Shown piece after piece: positions 29,347 to 39,493 of a DNA stretch of 43,012 bases. The notes under the pieces were generated by a model. The model worked only from the letters and a program-made list of their open reading frames with translations, did not search any database and was not told where the DNA came from. This DNA comes from Chitinophagales bacterium (GTDB lineage: Bacteria; Bacteroidota; Bacteroidia; Chitinophagales; Chitinophagaceae). A program made the translations under genes and the position numbers. The stretch is taken from NCBI GenBank assembly GCA_038222815.1, contig JBBRHK010000001.1, positions 1 to 43,012 of the forward strand. The letters run 5' to 3'. Within the stretch, counting starts at the first letter, position 1. Each line of letters opens with the position of its first letter.

Positions 29347-31305
29347 TTATTTCTCCTTCATCTCCCCATTACTAAACCGCTCACTCGCTGTTTGATAATA
29401 TGCAATTGTCAATAATCTAAGGCTATCCTTTTGTACACTGTTTAAGTTTTTCATAGTGTTAGTCGTAGCATCCCAAGAGTATTGTGTGGTCTTACGCCTA
29501 TCATTTATTTCAGTAAAAACATTCTGCTTTAGCAAGCCAAGGGTGCGGTAATTTCCTATGAGCGCTCGTTCATCCTCTGGCTTTACTAGAGCTAAATCCT
29601 TGCCATACAGGGCTGTGCTATATTTCCAATGAAATAGTCCAAATAGAGTAGGCATTAAATCAATTTGTGAGCTAAGCTTTGTAATCTTTTCGTGGTTGTG
29701 TTTATAATTATAAATTACTGCCGGGATATGATGTCTTTCAATATTTATCTCCCACTTACCTGCGCTGCTGGCACAATGATCTGCTACGATTACAAAAACT
29801 GTATTCGCAAACCAAGGCTGCATGCGAGCTGCTTCTAAATATTTTCCTATTGCATAATCTGTGTATTTTACTGCTCCTTCTCTACTTCCCGGCGGTAGGT
29901 CTATTTTTCCGGCAGGATAACTAAATGGTTTATGATTTGAGGTCGTCATTACAAATTGAAAAAACGGTTGGTTTTTTCCTGCAGACTTGCTCGCATACTT
30001 TAAGGATTGAGTGTAAATATCTTCATCGCAAATTCCCCAGGCGTTTTCAAAACTAGTTTCTGTATCTGCGATGTTGTAGCGGGTAGTTTTTATTTCGTCT
30101 GATAATGCATTGCCTCTATTTCTATCAACAATATCAAATCCTTGACCACCAAAAAATGTGTTCATATTATCAAAATAACCATCGCCGCCATAGATAAATT
30201 TTAGGTCATACCTTTTCTCTTTTAGTATCGTAGCTATAGAAGAAAGATTAGCGTTGCCGGGCCTACGTACAATACTATTTCCTGGCGTAGGTGGCACACA
30301 TAAAGTAAGCGCCTCCATACCTCGTACCGTACGAGTGCCCGTGGCGTATAGGTTAGAGAAGTTGATGCTGCTATCCATCAAAGCGTCATATACAGGCGTA
30401 ATATTTTGGGTATTGCCATAATGTGCCAAGAATTCCGCACTAAAACTTTCTATCGCTATGAGTACAATATTGGGCTTAGCGATGCCCGAATCATTTATTT
30501 GTCGATGTATATCTTTTATCTCGCTACTTGTAAAGATGGCATTAGGCTGCGCTAATTCTGTTCTTATAGCGGCATAAGCAGAATCGCCACCCAGATTAGG
30601 ATAAAAAGTATTATAATTTAACTCATTAGAACGATAGGCTGCAAACAAAGAGAACACACCATTCTTGCTTAACTCATTTACGTAAATATTTTCGTTGGTT
30701 TCTGCCATTCTATTTTTTAGAAAAAAGACAGCTAGAAACCCTACAATCAATAATGGAATTATCACTAAAGCTCTATAACCAATTCGTGTTTTTGTGGTAA
30801 ATGTATTTCGAAGAATTCCTCTCTTTTTGTAAATGAAAAAAGCGATAGCCACGCAAGCTACTAGCCCAGTGATAATGATGGGAATGGGAAGAGATTCATT
30901 GATATTTTTTACAACTTCGTAGGTATAAATTAAATAATCTACTGCTATAAAATTAAATCGACTACTAAATTCTCCCCAAAAAGGAAACTCAGAAAAGAAC
31001 GCAAATAATGCAATGAATAACATTAAGCTAATTACAAAATAACTCAAAATCTTATCTAGCCTGCTGCCGATCCAGCGGGAAGGCAATAGCAGCAAGTACA
31101 GGCTGTATAAGGCCGCAAAACAAATAGAGACAGAAAGATCAAAAATGAAACCGAGGAAAAACATTTTACCAATGCTTACAATTGAGAAGGAAATATCTGA
31201 CCAAGCCATTACATAAAATACTAGCCTTGTAATGAAGCTGATGAGAATATAGGTAAGTATAAAACTAAATAAAAGGGCAAATCTGCCAGCAAATAATCGC
31301 TTCAT
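29347..31305 (-). CDS. LTA synthase family / phosphoglycerol transferase (sulfatase fold), membrane-bound
   Basis: About five N-terminal TM helices; NIVLIAIESF, TRTVRG, TSNHKP, VADH. Confidence 0.92.
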   Translation of the reverse strand: MKRLFAGRFALLFSFILTYILISFITRLVFYVMAWSDISFSIVSIGKMFFLGFIFDLSVSICFAALYSLYLLLLPSRWIGSRLDKILSYFVISLMLFIALFAFFSEFPFWGEFSSRFNFIAVDYLIYTYEVVKNINESLPIPIIITGLVACVAIAFFIYKKRGILRNTFTTKTRIGYRALVIIPLLIVGFLAVFFLKNRMAETNENIYVNELSKNGVFSLFAAYRSNELNYNTFYPNLGGDSAYAAIRTELAQPNAIFTSSEIKDIHRQINDSGIAKPNIVLIAIESFSAEFLAHYGNTQNITPVYDALMDSSINFSNLYATGTRTVRGMEALTLCVPPTPGNSIVRRPGNANLSSIATILKEKRYDLKFIYGGDGYFDNMNTFFGGQGFDIVDRNRGNALSDEIKTTRYNIADTETSFENAWGICDEDIYTQSLKYASKSAGKNQPFFQFVMTTSNHKPFSYPAGKIDLPPGSREGAVKYTDYAIGKYLEAARMQPWFANTVFVIVADHCASSAGKWEINIERHHIPAVIYNYKHNHEKITKLSSQIDLMPTLFGLFHWKYSTALYGKDLALVKPEDERALIGNYRTLGLLKQNVFTEINDRRKTTQYSWDATTNTMKNLNSVQKDSLRLLTIAYYQTASERFSNGEMKEK

Positions 31306-31306
31306 T

Positions 31307-31666
31307 TTAATTGAAAATATAAGGGTAGTAAATAATAACCATAACTATAAAAGCAAAAATACCAGTAAACAAAACGGCACCTGCGCCTATGTCTTTTATC
31401 TCTCCTATCTTAGGGTGCCTGTCCTTGTGCACAAAATCACAAAGCTCTTCTACAGCTGTATTTAATCCTTCAACAGATAGTACTAATCCGAAGCAAAGCA
31501 TTTGAAAAATCCACTCTGTCTTAGTAATATGAAAATAGAATCCTAGCGCTGTAAAAAATGCAGCTACACAAAGTTGAGCAATAATAGAGTGTTCTTTAAA
31601 TAGTCTTTTTAGACCCACTATCGCATACTTCATTCCGTTAAACCTGCCTATCATAAATGCCTTCAT
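31307..31666 (-). CDS. dgkA: Diacylglycerol/undecaprenol kinase family protein
   Basis: Three TM helices; EGLNTAVEELCD and KDIGAGAV motifs. Confidence 0.9.
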   Translation of the reverse strand: MKAFMIGRFNGMKYAIVGLKRLFKEHSIIAQLCVAAFFTALGFYFHITKTEWIFQMLCFGLVLSVEGLNTAVEELCDFVHKDRHPKIGEIKDIGAGAVLFTGIFAFIVMVIIYYPYIFN

Positions 31667-31823
31667 CTCCTTAAAATTATAGCTTGCCCCTGTTGGAATT
31701 GAGCAGTTGTAGAATATAATTTTGAAGGTAAATTATTTTATATCAATTGATAGAAAAATTATAACTGCAAATAGTCTGGGGCTATTAAATATAATTCATA
31801 AATAACGGGATTAAAATCGGCGC

Positions 31824-31831
31824 TATATTTG
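31824..31831 (+). promoter_or_regulatory. Bacteroidota -7 element
   Basis: TATATTTG, about 40 nt before the TerC start. Confidence 0.6.
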
Positions 31832-31871
31832 CCGCCAATTAAGTATAATCTAAAACCCTTTCAATAATATT

Positions 31872-32687
31872 ATGGAGCATTTATTTACCTCAGAAGCCAT
31901 TATTAGTTTTTTTGTATTGGTTATTTTAGAAATCGTACTCGGTATAGACAATGTAATTTTTGTAAGTATCATTATGAATAGGCTGCCAGATGAGAAGAAG
32001 CAAAAATCTGCCCGCAGGTTTTGGATGATTAGTGGGATGATAATGCGTAGTCTTATGCTGCTTGGTCTTGGTTGGTTGTTGAGCCAAAAAGGACACTATA
32101 TAATTCCAGAATCTTGGTTTGGGAAAGGTTTTGACTTGGCAAGTATCGTAATGATTGTTGGTGGGCTTTTTCTCATTTATAAATCTGTAAAAGAAATACA
32201 CCAAAAGCTAGAAGGCGAGGAGGAGCACAATAGCTTAGAACCCAAAAAGCAACTGAGCCTCCCTAATGCGATGATGCAGATTCTAATTATTGACGCCGTC
32301 TTTTCATTTGATAGTATCATTACAGCCGGCGGTACTGCTGACCACGTAGAGATTATGATAGCTGCAGTGGTTATAGCAATGATTATAATGTTTGTATTTA
32401 GTCCTGCTATTGCAAGATTTATAGCGCAGCATCCTACTTTAAAAATGCTTGCGCTGTCCTTCTTGGTAATGATTGGTCTTTCTCTACTTATGGAGGGCTG
32501 GGCTCCAGAAAAAGCCCATGCTCTAGGACTTAAAAATTATATTTATTTTGGTATGGCGTTTTCATTTATTGTAGAGTTGCTCAATATGACGATGATGAAA
32601 AAAGCAAAGGGAAAGCGTAAGGTAGTACAGCTTAACCAGCCAATGTTTCCTGAAAAGGGGGTGTCGGAGGATGATATAGCGCATTAG
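31872..32687 (+). CDS. TerC family membrane protein
   Basis: LEIVLGIDNVIF, DAVFSFDSIITA, HPTLKMLALSFL. Confidence 0.95.
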   Translation: MEHLFTSEAIISFFVLVILEIVLGIDNVIFVSIIMNRLPDEKKQKSARRFWMISGMIMRSLMLLGLGWLLSQKGHYIIPESWFGKGFDLASIVMIVGGLFLIYKSVKEIHQKLEGEEEHNSLEPKKQLSLPNAMMQILIIDAVFSFDSIITAGGTADHVEIMIAAVVIAMIIMFVFSPAIARFIAQHPTLKMLALSFLVMIGLSLLMEGWAPEKAHALGLKNYIYFGMAFSFIVELLNMTMMKKAKGKRKVVQLNQPMFPEKGVSEDDIAH

Positions 32688-32819
32688 GCGATTAGGGAAT
32701 AACAAAATGTTTGTGCTTCATGTTTAGCTTTTTTATTTTTAATCAACTTTAGCTAAATCGTATTTTTTTAGAAATTAAGAACAATAAACACAGCTGTCAA
32801 ATAGTTTATTTAACTATGT

Positions 32820-33290
32820 ACAATGCCCTCTTATCAATTCATTCTGTTCTTCATTAAACCAACCCTTCCCCACCTTATACATAGTAAGCGTGGCATATTT
32901 TGGCTTATAATTTTCAAAATCTATCTCAGAAAAATTTGCTTCAGTTCGTTCAAATAATTATTCTTGATTTTTTCAACGCTGTCGATAGGGGCAAAATATC
33001 CTTTCCAAAATTTAAAACAAAAGCCGACCAGTCATAAATTAAATTTTTCAAATCGCTTTCTTTAGCAATTTTGAAGATTGTTAATCCTGTTTCATACACT
33101 TTTAACGTAACATACTCATTCTCTACCTCAGTTTTTGGAAAATCCCTCCAGCATTAAATTCATATCGCTCTGGGACTTGTTCAATGTTACGAATGGGTTG
33201 GTTTTTACTCTTTTCTGCCAAGCCGAGTGTTTAAATAACTTGACAGTCTTCAATAAAATAGCATATACCTCGTACATTACTACAATAACA
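32820..33290 (-). pseudogene. Possible frameshifted gene remnant of unknown family
   Basis: Protein-like segments join across frames: FPKTEVENEYVTLKVY...NFGK / GYFAPIDSVEKIKNNYLNELKQIF / SEIDFENYKPKYATLTMYKVGKGWF. Confidence 0.35.
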
Positions 33291-33338
33291 ATTTTTAGCT
33301 TTATTTTTTGTCAGAAAGTATTCTATCTAAAGCAATAT

Positions 33339-33830
33339 CTACAAAAACGTACCAAATCTTTCAAAATGGCAAGTATAGCCGTGAGGGATTCTAACTAAGT
33401 AATCTTGATGCTCTTTTTCTGCTGGCCAAAATGTAGCAATTGGCTCTAGTGTTGTCACCACTTTTCCAGGCCATCTTTTAGAGTCATCTACAATTTTAAT
33501 GACCTCCTCTGCAGTTCTTCTTTCTTCTTCATTTTGGATGAATATTGCCGAGCGATAACTTGATCCTCTATCATTACCTTGTTTATCTACTGTAGAGGGA
33601 TCGTGAATACGATAAAAGAAATCAAGTATTTTTTTAAAGTCCGTTATCGCAGGGTCATAAGTTATTTCTATTCCCTCTGCGTGGCCGGGATGATTTTGAT
33701 AAGTTGGATTTTCATTTTCCCCACCTATGTAACCCACTTCTGTATCTACGATTCCTGGCTGTTTTCTAAAAAGGTCTTCTACTCCCCAGAAACATCCACC
33801 TGCGATGTATGCTTTTTTATTATTGTCCAT
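33339..33830 (-). CDS. msrA: Peptide-methionine (S)-S-oxide reductase
   Basis: [16 protein letters not shown]...[27 protein letters not shown]. Start placed at ATG 33830. Confidence 0.96.
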   Translation of the reverse strand: MDNNKKAYIAGGCFWGVEDLFRKQPGIVDTEVGYIGGENENPTYQNHPGHAEGIEITYDPAITDFKKILDFFYRIHDPSTVDKQGNDRGSSYRSAIFIQNEEERRTAEEVIKIVDDSKRWPGKVVTTLEPIATFWPAEKEHQDYLVRIPHGYTCHFERFGTFL

Positions 33831-33909
33831 AATTTTTTCTTTTACTTTTTCCAATATTCGTACCGATTTGTCATTTTGTTATAAACGAAGAAGTCTTTCT
33901 AAGTGTTTA

Positions 33910-34161
33910 CTATATCGTCACAATATTTTCTAAAAAATGAATGACAGCATGCTCTGGCATTTCGCAAGGTTTTAATATTTGAGCTGAATTTGTGATGTAA
34001 TAATTAAAGCTGATAAATTGTTTTCCGCCGAGTTGTTCTGCATAAATTTTTATACTTTTTCCTTCGTTGAAATCAGTTCTAGTCATTGCATACCTTTTAC
34101 CTTCGTACATCAGCTCGGTGTAACCAACGGCTATTAATTCTATTCTTTGTCTCCAATGCAT
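33910..34161 (-). CDS. Small hypothetical protein (LKPCEMP motif) upstream of msrA
   Basis: 83 aa, ATG start, protein-like composition, co-oriented with msrA. Confidence 0.75.
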   Translation of the reverse strand: MHWRQRIELIAVGYTELMYEGKRYAMTRTDFNEGKSIKIYAEQLGGKQFISFNYYITNSAQILKPCEMPEHAVIHFLENIVTI

Positions 34162-34303
34162 AGGTGAAGTATGAATTATTACTTACAAAAAATACTATAA
34201 ATTTTTATCCTTGACGAGGAGAAGTTTAGCCTTGGCTAATAAAGAAAAGTAGCCAAAAGAATTAAGGTAAGATGTAATGCTTTTTGTGACTAAGGATTTT
34301 TTC

Positions 34304-34690
34304 CTAACTCCCCTTCAGCCTCGAAATAGTATTATTCGCCTCCATTAGTTTCAGTTTTAAATCGTGGAGTTCTGGCTGACCTGCTTTTAATAGCTCTTCT
34401 GTTTCCTCATTACTCAATTGTAGTAATAAGATATCTTCATCCATCTGCTTCATTATAGCGTAAGCGTCTTTCAGTTTTTTGCTAAGTTCTATTTCCACTG
34501 TAGCCTTCTCCCGATGCACCATTGCGTTTTCGTTTCTTAGCGTTTCCTTTTTCAATCTTTCGCTTTCTAAAAACCCCTCTGTGCTTTTTAGTATTTTTTT
34601 CTGCTTGTACATCATCGAGCTGCGAATAATCCACGCTACCGCAAAACCAAGAACAAAAGCTGCAATTATATATAAAATGTTTTCGCTCAA
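34304..34690 (-). CDS. Membrane-anchored coiled-coil hypothetical protein
   Basis: One N-terminal TM (ILYIIAAFVLGFAVAWII) followed by an E/K/L-rich helix. Probable TTG start at 34690. Confidence 0.75.
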   Translation of the reverse strand: MSENILYIIAAFVLGFAVAWIIRSSMMYKQKKILKSTEGFLESERLKKETLRNENAMVHREKATVEIELSKKLKDAYAIMKQMDEDILLLQLSNEETEELLKAGQPELHDLKLKLMEANNTISRLKGS

Positions 34691-34779
34691 AATAAAATTT
34701 GTATTTGTTATCAATCCTTTACTCCAAAAGTCAAAGGTCACAAAATTAATTGGTTTGCTGCAAATGTAGTACTTGGTAA

Positions 34780-35604
34780 TTATTGTAGCGTTTTAAAAGC
34801 CGCACCTATATATTCAATCACGTCTGTAGCCAGCATTGATTCTTCACTCTGCGTTTCTAAACATAAGGCTGCTGCAGTCGTGTGGAGGTAAACGCCTAAA
34901 CTTGCCGCTTGCATTGGCTTATAGTCTTGTGAGAGTAAGGCCAAGATAATTCCTGAAAGCATATCACCACTTCCGCCTTTTGCCAGTCCAGCATTTGGGT
35001 GATCATTGTATATGATGTCTTCTCCATCTGTAATAATCGTTACAGCATTTTTTAGCACAATTACAATGTTTAATTGCTTCGCTACAGCCATCGCAGCTTC
35101 TATTCTTTTTTCTATGGATGGATGTATTCCAAAAATTCTATCAAATTCTTTTACATGGGGCGTAAGAATCGTTTGCGCTGGAAGGATAGACAACATTTTG
35201 TTATTTGCAGAGAGAATATTTAGCGCATCTGCATCTAGCAATAGTTTTTGGGGAGCAGTCTTTATTATCTTTTCTAGACATAGTACGGTTGCCTTTTTAG
35301 TTCCTATCCCTGGTCCTACAGCAATTGCTGTAAATTTTTCTAGCATCTTTGCAGTAGACAATTTGAACTGTAACATCGCTTCGGGAATACCCTGCTGTAA
35401 AATTATCCGTTCCGATGCAGGTACCATTGTGGTCAATAATCCAATCCCACTTCGTAAACAAGCTCTGCTACTTATCAGAGCAGCACCCATCATTCCTTTA
35501 CTTCCTGCCATCAGTAAGCCGTGACCAAAGGTTCCTTTGTGGCTATCAGCAGTTCTTGGTTTACACCAAGATTTTGCTAGGGCGGTATCAAGATTTTTTT
35601 TCAA
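34780..35604 (-). CDS. nnrD: NAD(P)H-hydrate dehydratase (YjeF C-terminal domain only)
   Basis: HKGTFG, GPGIG, LDADAL, LTPHVKEF, AKGGSGDML. Confidence 0.93.
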   Translation of the reverse strand: MKKNLDTALAKSWCKPRTADSHKGTFGHGLLMAGSKGMMGAALISSRACLRSGIGLLTTMVPASERIILQQGIPEAMLQFKLSTAKMLEKFTAIAVGPGIGTKKATVLCLEKIIKTAPQKLLLDADALNILSANNKMLSILPAQTILTPHVKEFDRIFGIHPSIEKRIEAAMAVAKQLNIVIVLKNAVTIITDGEDIIYNDHPNAGLAKGGSGDMLSGIILALLSQDYKPMQAASLGVYLHTTAAALCLETQSEESMLATDVIEYIGAAFKTLQ

Positions 35605-35660
35605 TAATTATTTTTAAAATTTTGTAAAGGCTTTTCTAGTCAATGAGCGCATCTGTTTCT

Positions 35661-36158
35661 AAAATCCCTACGGGATGACCTTATAGTAGAAAAATGCCCA
35701 TCTTTTTTATATTTCAAAGTCTACCGCGGCGGACGTCCTTACAGTAAAAGTAGTTGAAGCAATTCTAAAACAATGCAAGCGTTATTATTATCTCCCAAGA
35801 AATTTTTCAAGCAAGTATGGCTGCGGTTGAAAGCATCGAATTGATCAAGTACAATTTTTTATAACACAAAGCCATTTCATTCGCCGCTGCGAACAAAAGC
35901 CTGAAGGGCTGACATTATTATAGTAACCAAACATTAATATTTCTCAAAACCCGGAACGGGTGACATTATTTTCTCTTTTTGTTCTTTATAATCTTAACTG
36001 TTATAATGCCACCCTTTTAGGGTTTTTATAACTTGGCCAAAAATATTCTATAATAATATCATCCCTTCGGGATTGGCAGAAGTATGCAGTAAATGCACAA
36101 TTGCAGGCTAACCAGATTCAAATACTTGTAAAAACCTCTACCAGTTCGCCGCGGCGAA
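35661..36158. repeat. Cluster of REP-like palindromic units (two families)
   Basis: NCCC-n-GGGNTGACATTAT(TATAG) units forward at 35661, 35895 and 35946, reverse at 36003 and 36048. CGCCGCGGCG-type palindromes at 35719, 35880 and 36145. Confidence 0.75.
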
Positions 36159-36509
36159 GAGCGATTACGAGAATATCAACCTAATACTTTTATGGTGGAG
36201 CTAAAGCAACTACGAATTGAAAATTACGAATTACAAGCTTTCGCAAGTTCTCAACAGCTAATTGATTTATTGCACAAGAGTTTGAAATAAATATATTTAG
36301 AAACCTCTACCAGTATTTGCAGAGGCGCCTTGAAAGATAGGCTTTTGCGATAGCAAAAGGAGGCGCAATGACCGAAGGGCATATTGCGACGTCCTATTTT
36401 TCACAGCGGCGGCGCAAATACGATGCCCAGCGGCAAAGAGCGATTACGAGAATATCAACCTAATATTTTTATGGTGGAGAGAAAAAAATTTCGAATTAAA
36501 AATTACGAA
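36132..36509 (+). repeat. Two ~100-bp direct repeats, the second interrupted by an insert
   Basis: aaacctctaccagt...agagcgattacgagaatatcaacctaata(c/t)ttttatggtggag...aaaattacgaa at 36132-36230 and 36301-36509. Confidence 0.9.
36313..36421. mobile_element. MITE-like structured insert
   Basis: Terminal inverted repeats gtatttgc/gcaaatac, an 11-bp inner stem and two hairpins. Absent from the neighbouring repeat copy. Confidence 0.55.
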
Positions 36510-36514
36510 AACCA

Positions 36515-38104
36515 TTAGAGACTAGCCAAAAACTTCGGCAACTCCCTATGCATCGTAGCCTGCTCATACGCATAACCCATAGCTAAAAGCTTCTCTTCCG
36601 TAAATGCTTTACCAAAAAATGAAATCCCCACCGGAAGTCCATACACCTGCCCCGCCGGAACAGTAAGGTGCGGAAACCCACTAATCGCTGCCGGTTGCGT
36701 TAAGAAAACCGAACCCCATCTATCACCATATATTTTATCTATCGCACAACTCATTCCCATCGTAAGGCCAGTAATTGCATCCAGTTTATTGATGTTCATA
36801 ATATCGTTCAGTAATTTCTTGCTACCCTCGTGGCTATTAATTAATGCCTTGCGATATTCTTCTTCATTCAAGCCTTTTGTCTTTTCACATTTTTCTAATA
36901 TCTCTTGTTTAAAATAAGGCATCGCCGTATCCTCATTTTTTTTATTGAAGGCAATCACATCCGCCAAGGTTTTCATTTTTCCATTTGCCTTAGCCAAGTA
37001 TTTATTTACACCATCTTTAAATTCATATTCCAGCACGTGTAGTTCATCGCCACCCAGCTCATCTATTTTATTTACATAATCTATTTCTACAATCGTAGCA
37101 CCGAGCTCTTTCATTTTATCTATCGCCGCTTTGCGCAGCCGATGCAAAAATTGATTGTCTCCCTGCTGTCTTTTATCAATGCCGATTCGTTTTCCTGCCA
37201 GTGCATTTTTGTCCAAGCCTTTTGTATAATCTTTATTTACAAATGCTTTGCTACTCGCCGTTACTGCATCATTTTTATCTACGCCAGTAAGGACACTCAA
37301 TAAATTCGCAACGTCTGTAACCGTTCTCCCCATTGGGCCCGCCGTATCTTGGGTAGAAGAAATAGGAATAATACCAGCTCTACTTAGCAAACCCACCGTA
37401 GGTTTTAAGCCCACAATTCCTGCCACTGCCGCAGGACACACCACCGAGCCATCCGTCTCTGTTCCTACCGCCACCGTACACAAGTTAGCCGCCACCGCCA
37501 CTCCCGAGCCCGAGCTAGAACCGCAAGGGTTGTGGGTGAGTATGTACGGACTTTTTGTTTGTCCGCCGCGGCTACTCCAGCCGCTACAAGAACTCGTACT
37601 TCTAAAATTTGCCCATTCGCTCAGGTTCGTTTTACCAATTATTATCGCACCCGCAGCTCGCAATTTTTGCACGATAAATGCATCGGCCTTTGCAAAGTTC
37701 CCCTCCATCGCCAATGCCCCGGCGGTGGTCTGCATTTTATCTGCTGTATCTATATTATCTTTTATCATTACCGGCACACCATGCAGCGGCCCACGCAGTT
37801 TTCCCTGCTTGCGCTCGGCATCCATTTGTATTGCAATTCCCACCGCTTCTGGGTTCAGTTCTATCACCGACTTCAGCCCCGGGCCAGATTTATCTATCTC
37901 CTCTATTCTTTTTAAATATCGTTTTACCACCTCCTCTGCCGTAAGCGTTCCTTGCGCATACTTCTCTTGCAATGCACTAATCGTAATCTCACTCAGATCT
38001 ACATCTTCCTTTACCTGCCCAGCCTTTGTATTCATACTCGATAATAATGCCGCACCTGTTGTAAGGGCAAGGCTTGTATTTTTTAAAAAATTTCTTCGTT
38101 GCAT
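36515..38104 (-). CDS. Amidase-signature family enzyme with Tat signal peptide
   Basis: MQRRNFLK Tat motif (start 38104); KDNI, GSSSGS, GTETDGS catalytic motifs. Confidence 0.95.
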   Translation of the reverse strand: MQRRNFLKNTSLALTTGAALLSSMNTKAGQVKEDVDLSEITISALQEKYAQGTLTAEEVVKRYLKRIEEIDKSGPGLKSVIELNPEAVGIAIQMDAERKQGKLRGPLHGVPVMIKDNIDTADKMQTTAGALAMEGNFAKADAFIVQKLRAAGAIIIGKTNLSEWANFRSTSSCSGWSSRGGQTKSPYILTHNPCGSSSGSGVAVAANLCTVAVGTETDGSVVCPAAVAGIVGLKPTVGLLSRAGIIPISSTQDTAGPMGRTVTDVANLLSVLTGVDKNDAVTASSKAFVNKDYTKGLDKNALAGKRIGIDKRQQGDNQFLHRLRKAAIDKMKELGATIVEIDYVNKIDELGGDELHVLEYEFKDGVNKYLAKANGKMKTLADVIAFNKKNEDTAMPYFKQEILEKCEKTKGLNEEEYRKALINSHEGSKKLLNDIMNINKLDAITGLTMGMSCAIDKIYGDRWGSVFLTQPAAISGFPHLTVPAGQVYGLPVGISFFGKAFTEEKLLAMGYAYEQATMHRELPKFLASL

Positions 38105-38142
38105 CGTTTTTGTTTTTTTCCTCTTTGTACTCAATGTAACAC

Positions 38143-38169
38143 AAAAAAGCGACTCACATAATGAGTCGC
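38143..38169 (-). terminator. Intrinsic terminator of the lipoprotein/beta-barrel operon
   Basis: Minus strand gcgactca-ttatg-tgagtcgc followed by tttttt. Confidence 0.85.
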
Positions 38170-38205
38170 CAAGGATCAATAGCCTTTTTAGAAAATACTA
38201 TTTAC

Positions 38206-38808
38206 TTATCTTCTCCACTTTATAATATCTACATCGTAGTTTAATCCGATTATGAGTTGTGTATAACCATATCGTCCAGGTATTTTGCTTGCCACTTGCG
38301 CTGTTGTAAATGCGAGGTCTAACCAAAGTCTTTTTTTAAGTTTGAAATTAGCGCCACCTCCCCAGTTTACATAAGTTATTCCCGCTCGCTTAAAGGGTAA
38401 ATCTTCGCCACAGGTACAATAATTTCCCTTGTAATATCCTAGCTCCAAGAAGCCAAAACTTACATCGCCCACAAATACTCGGTATTGACCTACAGCTCCA
38501 AGTAACGAGTAATCATTTTTACCCGTAAGCACACCCTTTGTGTAGATCTTTTTATAGTCTATTCCAAGCCTTATATGTTTGGTGATATCTGTTGCCGCAT
38601 TTATACTGAATGTATGCTCTTGATACCTAGTGTCATAATCTACACCATTAATTACCTCTGTTTCTGGATAATAGAAGTAGTTACCGCCTATTACGAGGTT
38701 GAGCACTCTCGTAGAATCGTCAATCGGTTTTTCTTTTCGATTTTTGTTCTGTGCTAACGCTGCCATTGAGATGCAGAGAGCAACTATAATAGTGAACATC
38801 CCCTTCAT
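38206..38808 (-). CDS. Outer-membrane beta-barrel protein (8-stranded type)
   Basis: Signal peptide; alternating beta-strands; terminal strand LIIGLNY; CTC motif in a loop. Confidence 0.7.
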   Translation of the reverse strand: MKGMFTIIVALCISMAALAQNKNRKEKPIDDSTRVLNLVIGGNYFYYPETEVINGVDYDTRYQEHTFSINAATDITKHIRLGIDYKKIYTKGVLTGKNDYSLLGAVGQYRVFVGDVSFGFLELGYYKGNYCTCGEDLPFKRAGITYVNWGGGANFKLKKRLWLDLAFTTAQVASKIPGRYGYTQLIIGLNYDVDIIKWRR

Positions 38809-39479
38809 TTCTTTTTTTGTTTATAGATGAAATAAGCTAAGCCCAATTCGTTAATAGGAAAGATTTTTGCATACGTTGTGTTAGGTAATTTTATAGTAGG
38901 CTTAGTAGCAAACTCCAACCCTATTGCAATATTATAACTAAGTCTGCGCTTCGGCTGTATGTTTATTCCTAGTAACGGCGTAACTAAGGCATTCTGATTT
39001 TTAGCATTAAAAAAAGCCGCCTTCTGCCCAGAGCTATCCTTCCCCCTATAGAAATTTCTTCTACTGTAACTTAAATTTAGATATGGGTATATATTTAATT
39101 TCTTTTTGTGTACACTATCGGTTAATGCTTTCCTTCTCCCTAATATATTCGAGAAATAGTATTCCATAAAAATACCTCCTGTCTTACTATCGGGTTCTTC
39201 TCTCCCAAAATTACTCCAGTATTTTCCATACCTATATTGAAGCCCTACAGCTAGGTTATTCATAATAAAATAACCTAGCTTAGGCATCAATGTGGCCTCG
39301 ACTTGATTGTAATTTATAACATCGGGGTAGCTTCCAGCTCTAATATTACTAAACCAAAAGGAACTATTTAATGCTATTAGGAATTTTCTATGTACAATCG
39401 AAGAGTCTGCTGATTTTTGCTGGCCAGTTACGCTTAGATGTACACATAAAAAAAATATTAAGAAGTAAGTCGTTTTCAT
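38805..39479 (-). CDS. Outer-membrane beta-barrel protein
   Basis: Signal peptide; PKLGYFIMNNLAVGL strand pattern; terminal LGLAYFI. 4-nt overlap with the next gene. Confidence 0.7.
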   Translation of the reverse strand: MKTTYFLIFFLCVHLSVTGQQKSADSSIVHRKFLIALNSSFWFSNIRAGSYPDVINYNQVEATLMPKLGYFIMNNLAVGLQYRYGKYWSNFGREEPDSKTGGIFMEYYFSNILGRRKALTDSVHKKKLNIYPYLNLSYSRRNFYRGKDSSGQKAAFFNAKNQNALVTPLLGINIQPKRRLSYNIAIGLEFATKPTIKLPNTTYAKIFPINELGLAYFIYKQKKK

Positions 39480-39493
39480 AATAAAGTTTTAAT

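Noticed and set aside
31667-31871. yybP-ykoY manganese riboswitch before terC
   Set aside because: The -7 element implies a leader of only about 35 nt, and no conserved riboswitch motifs are seen.
33135-33398. 87-aa plus-strand ORF
   Set aside because: TTG start, overlaps the msrA end, and no motif. The opposite strand looks more gene-like.
37248-38225. 325-aa plus-strand ORF, plus 37532-37915 and 37678-37944
   Set aside because: Antisense shadows of the amidase in locally GC-richer DNA, with no recognisable motifs.
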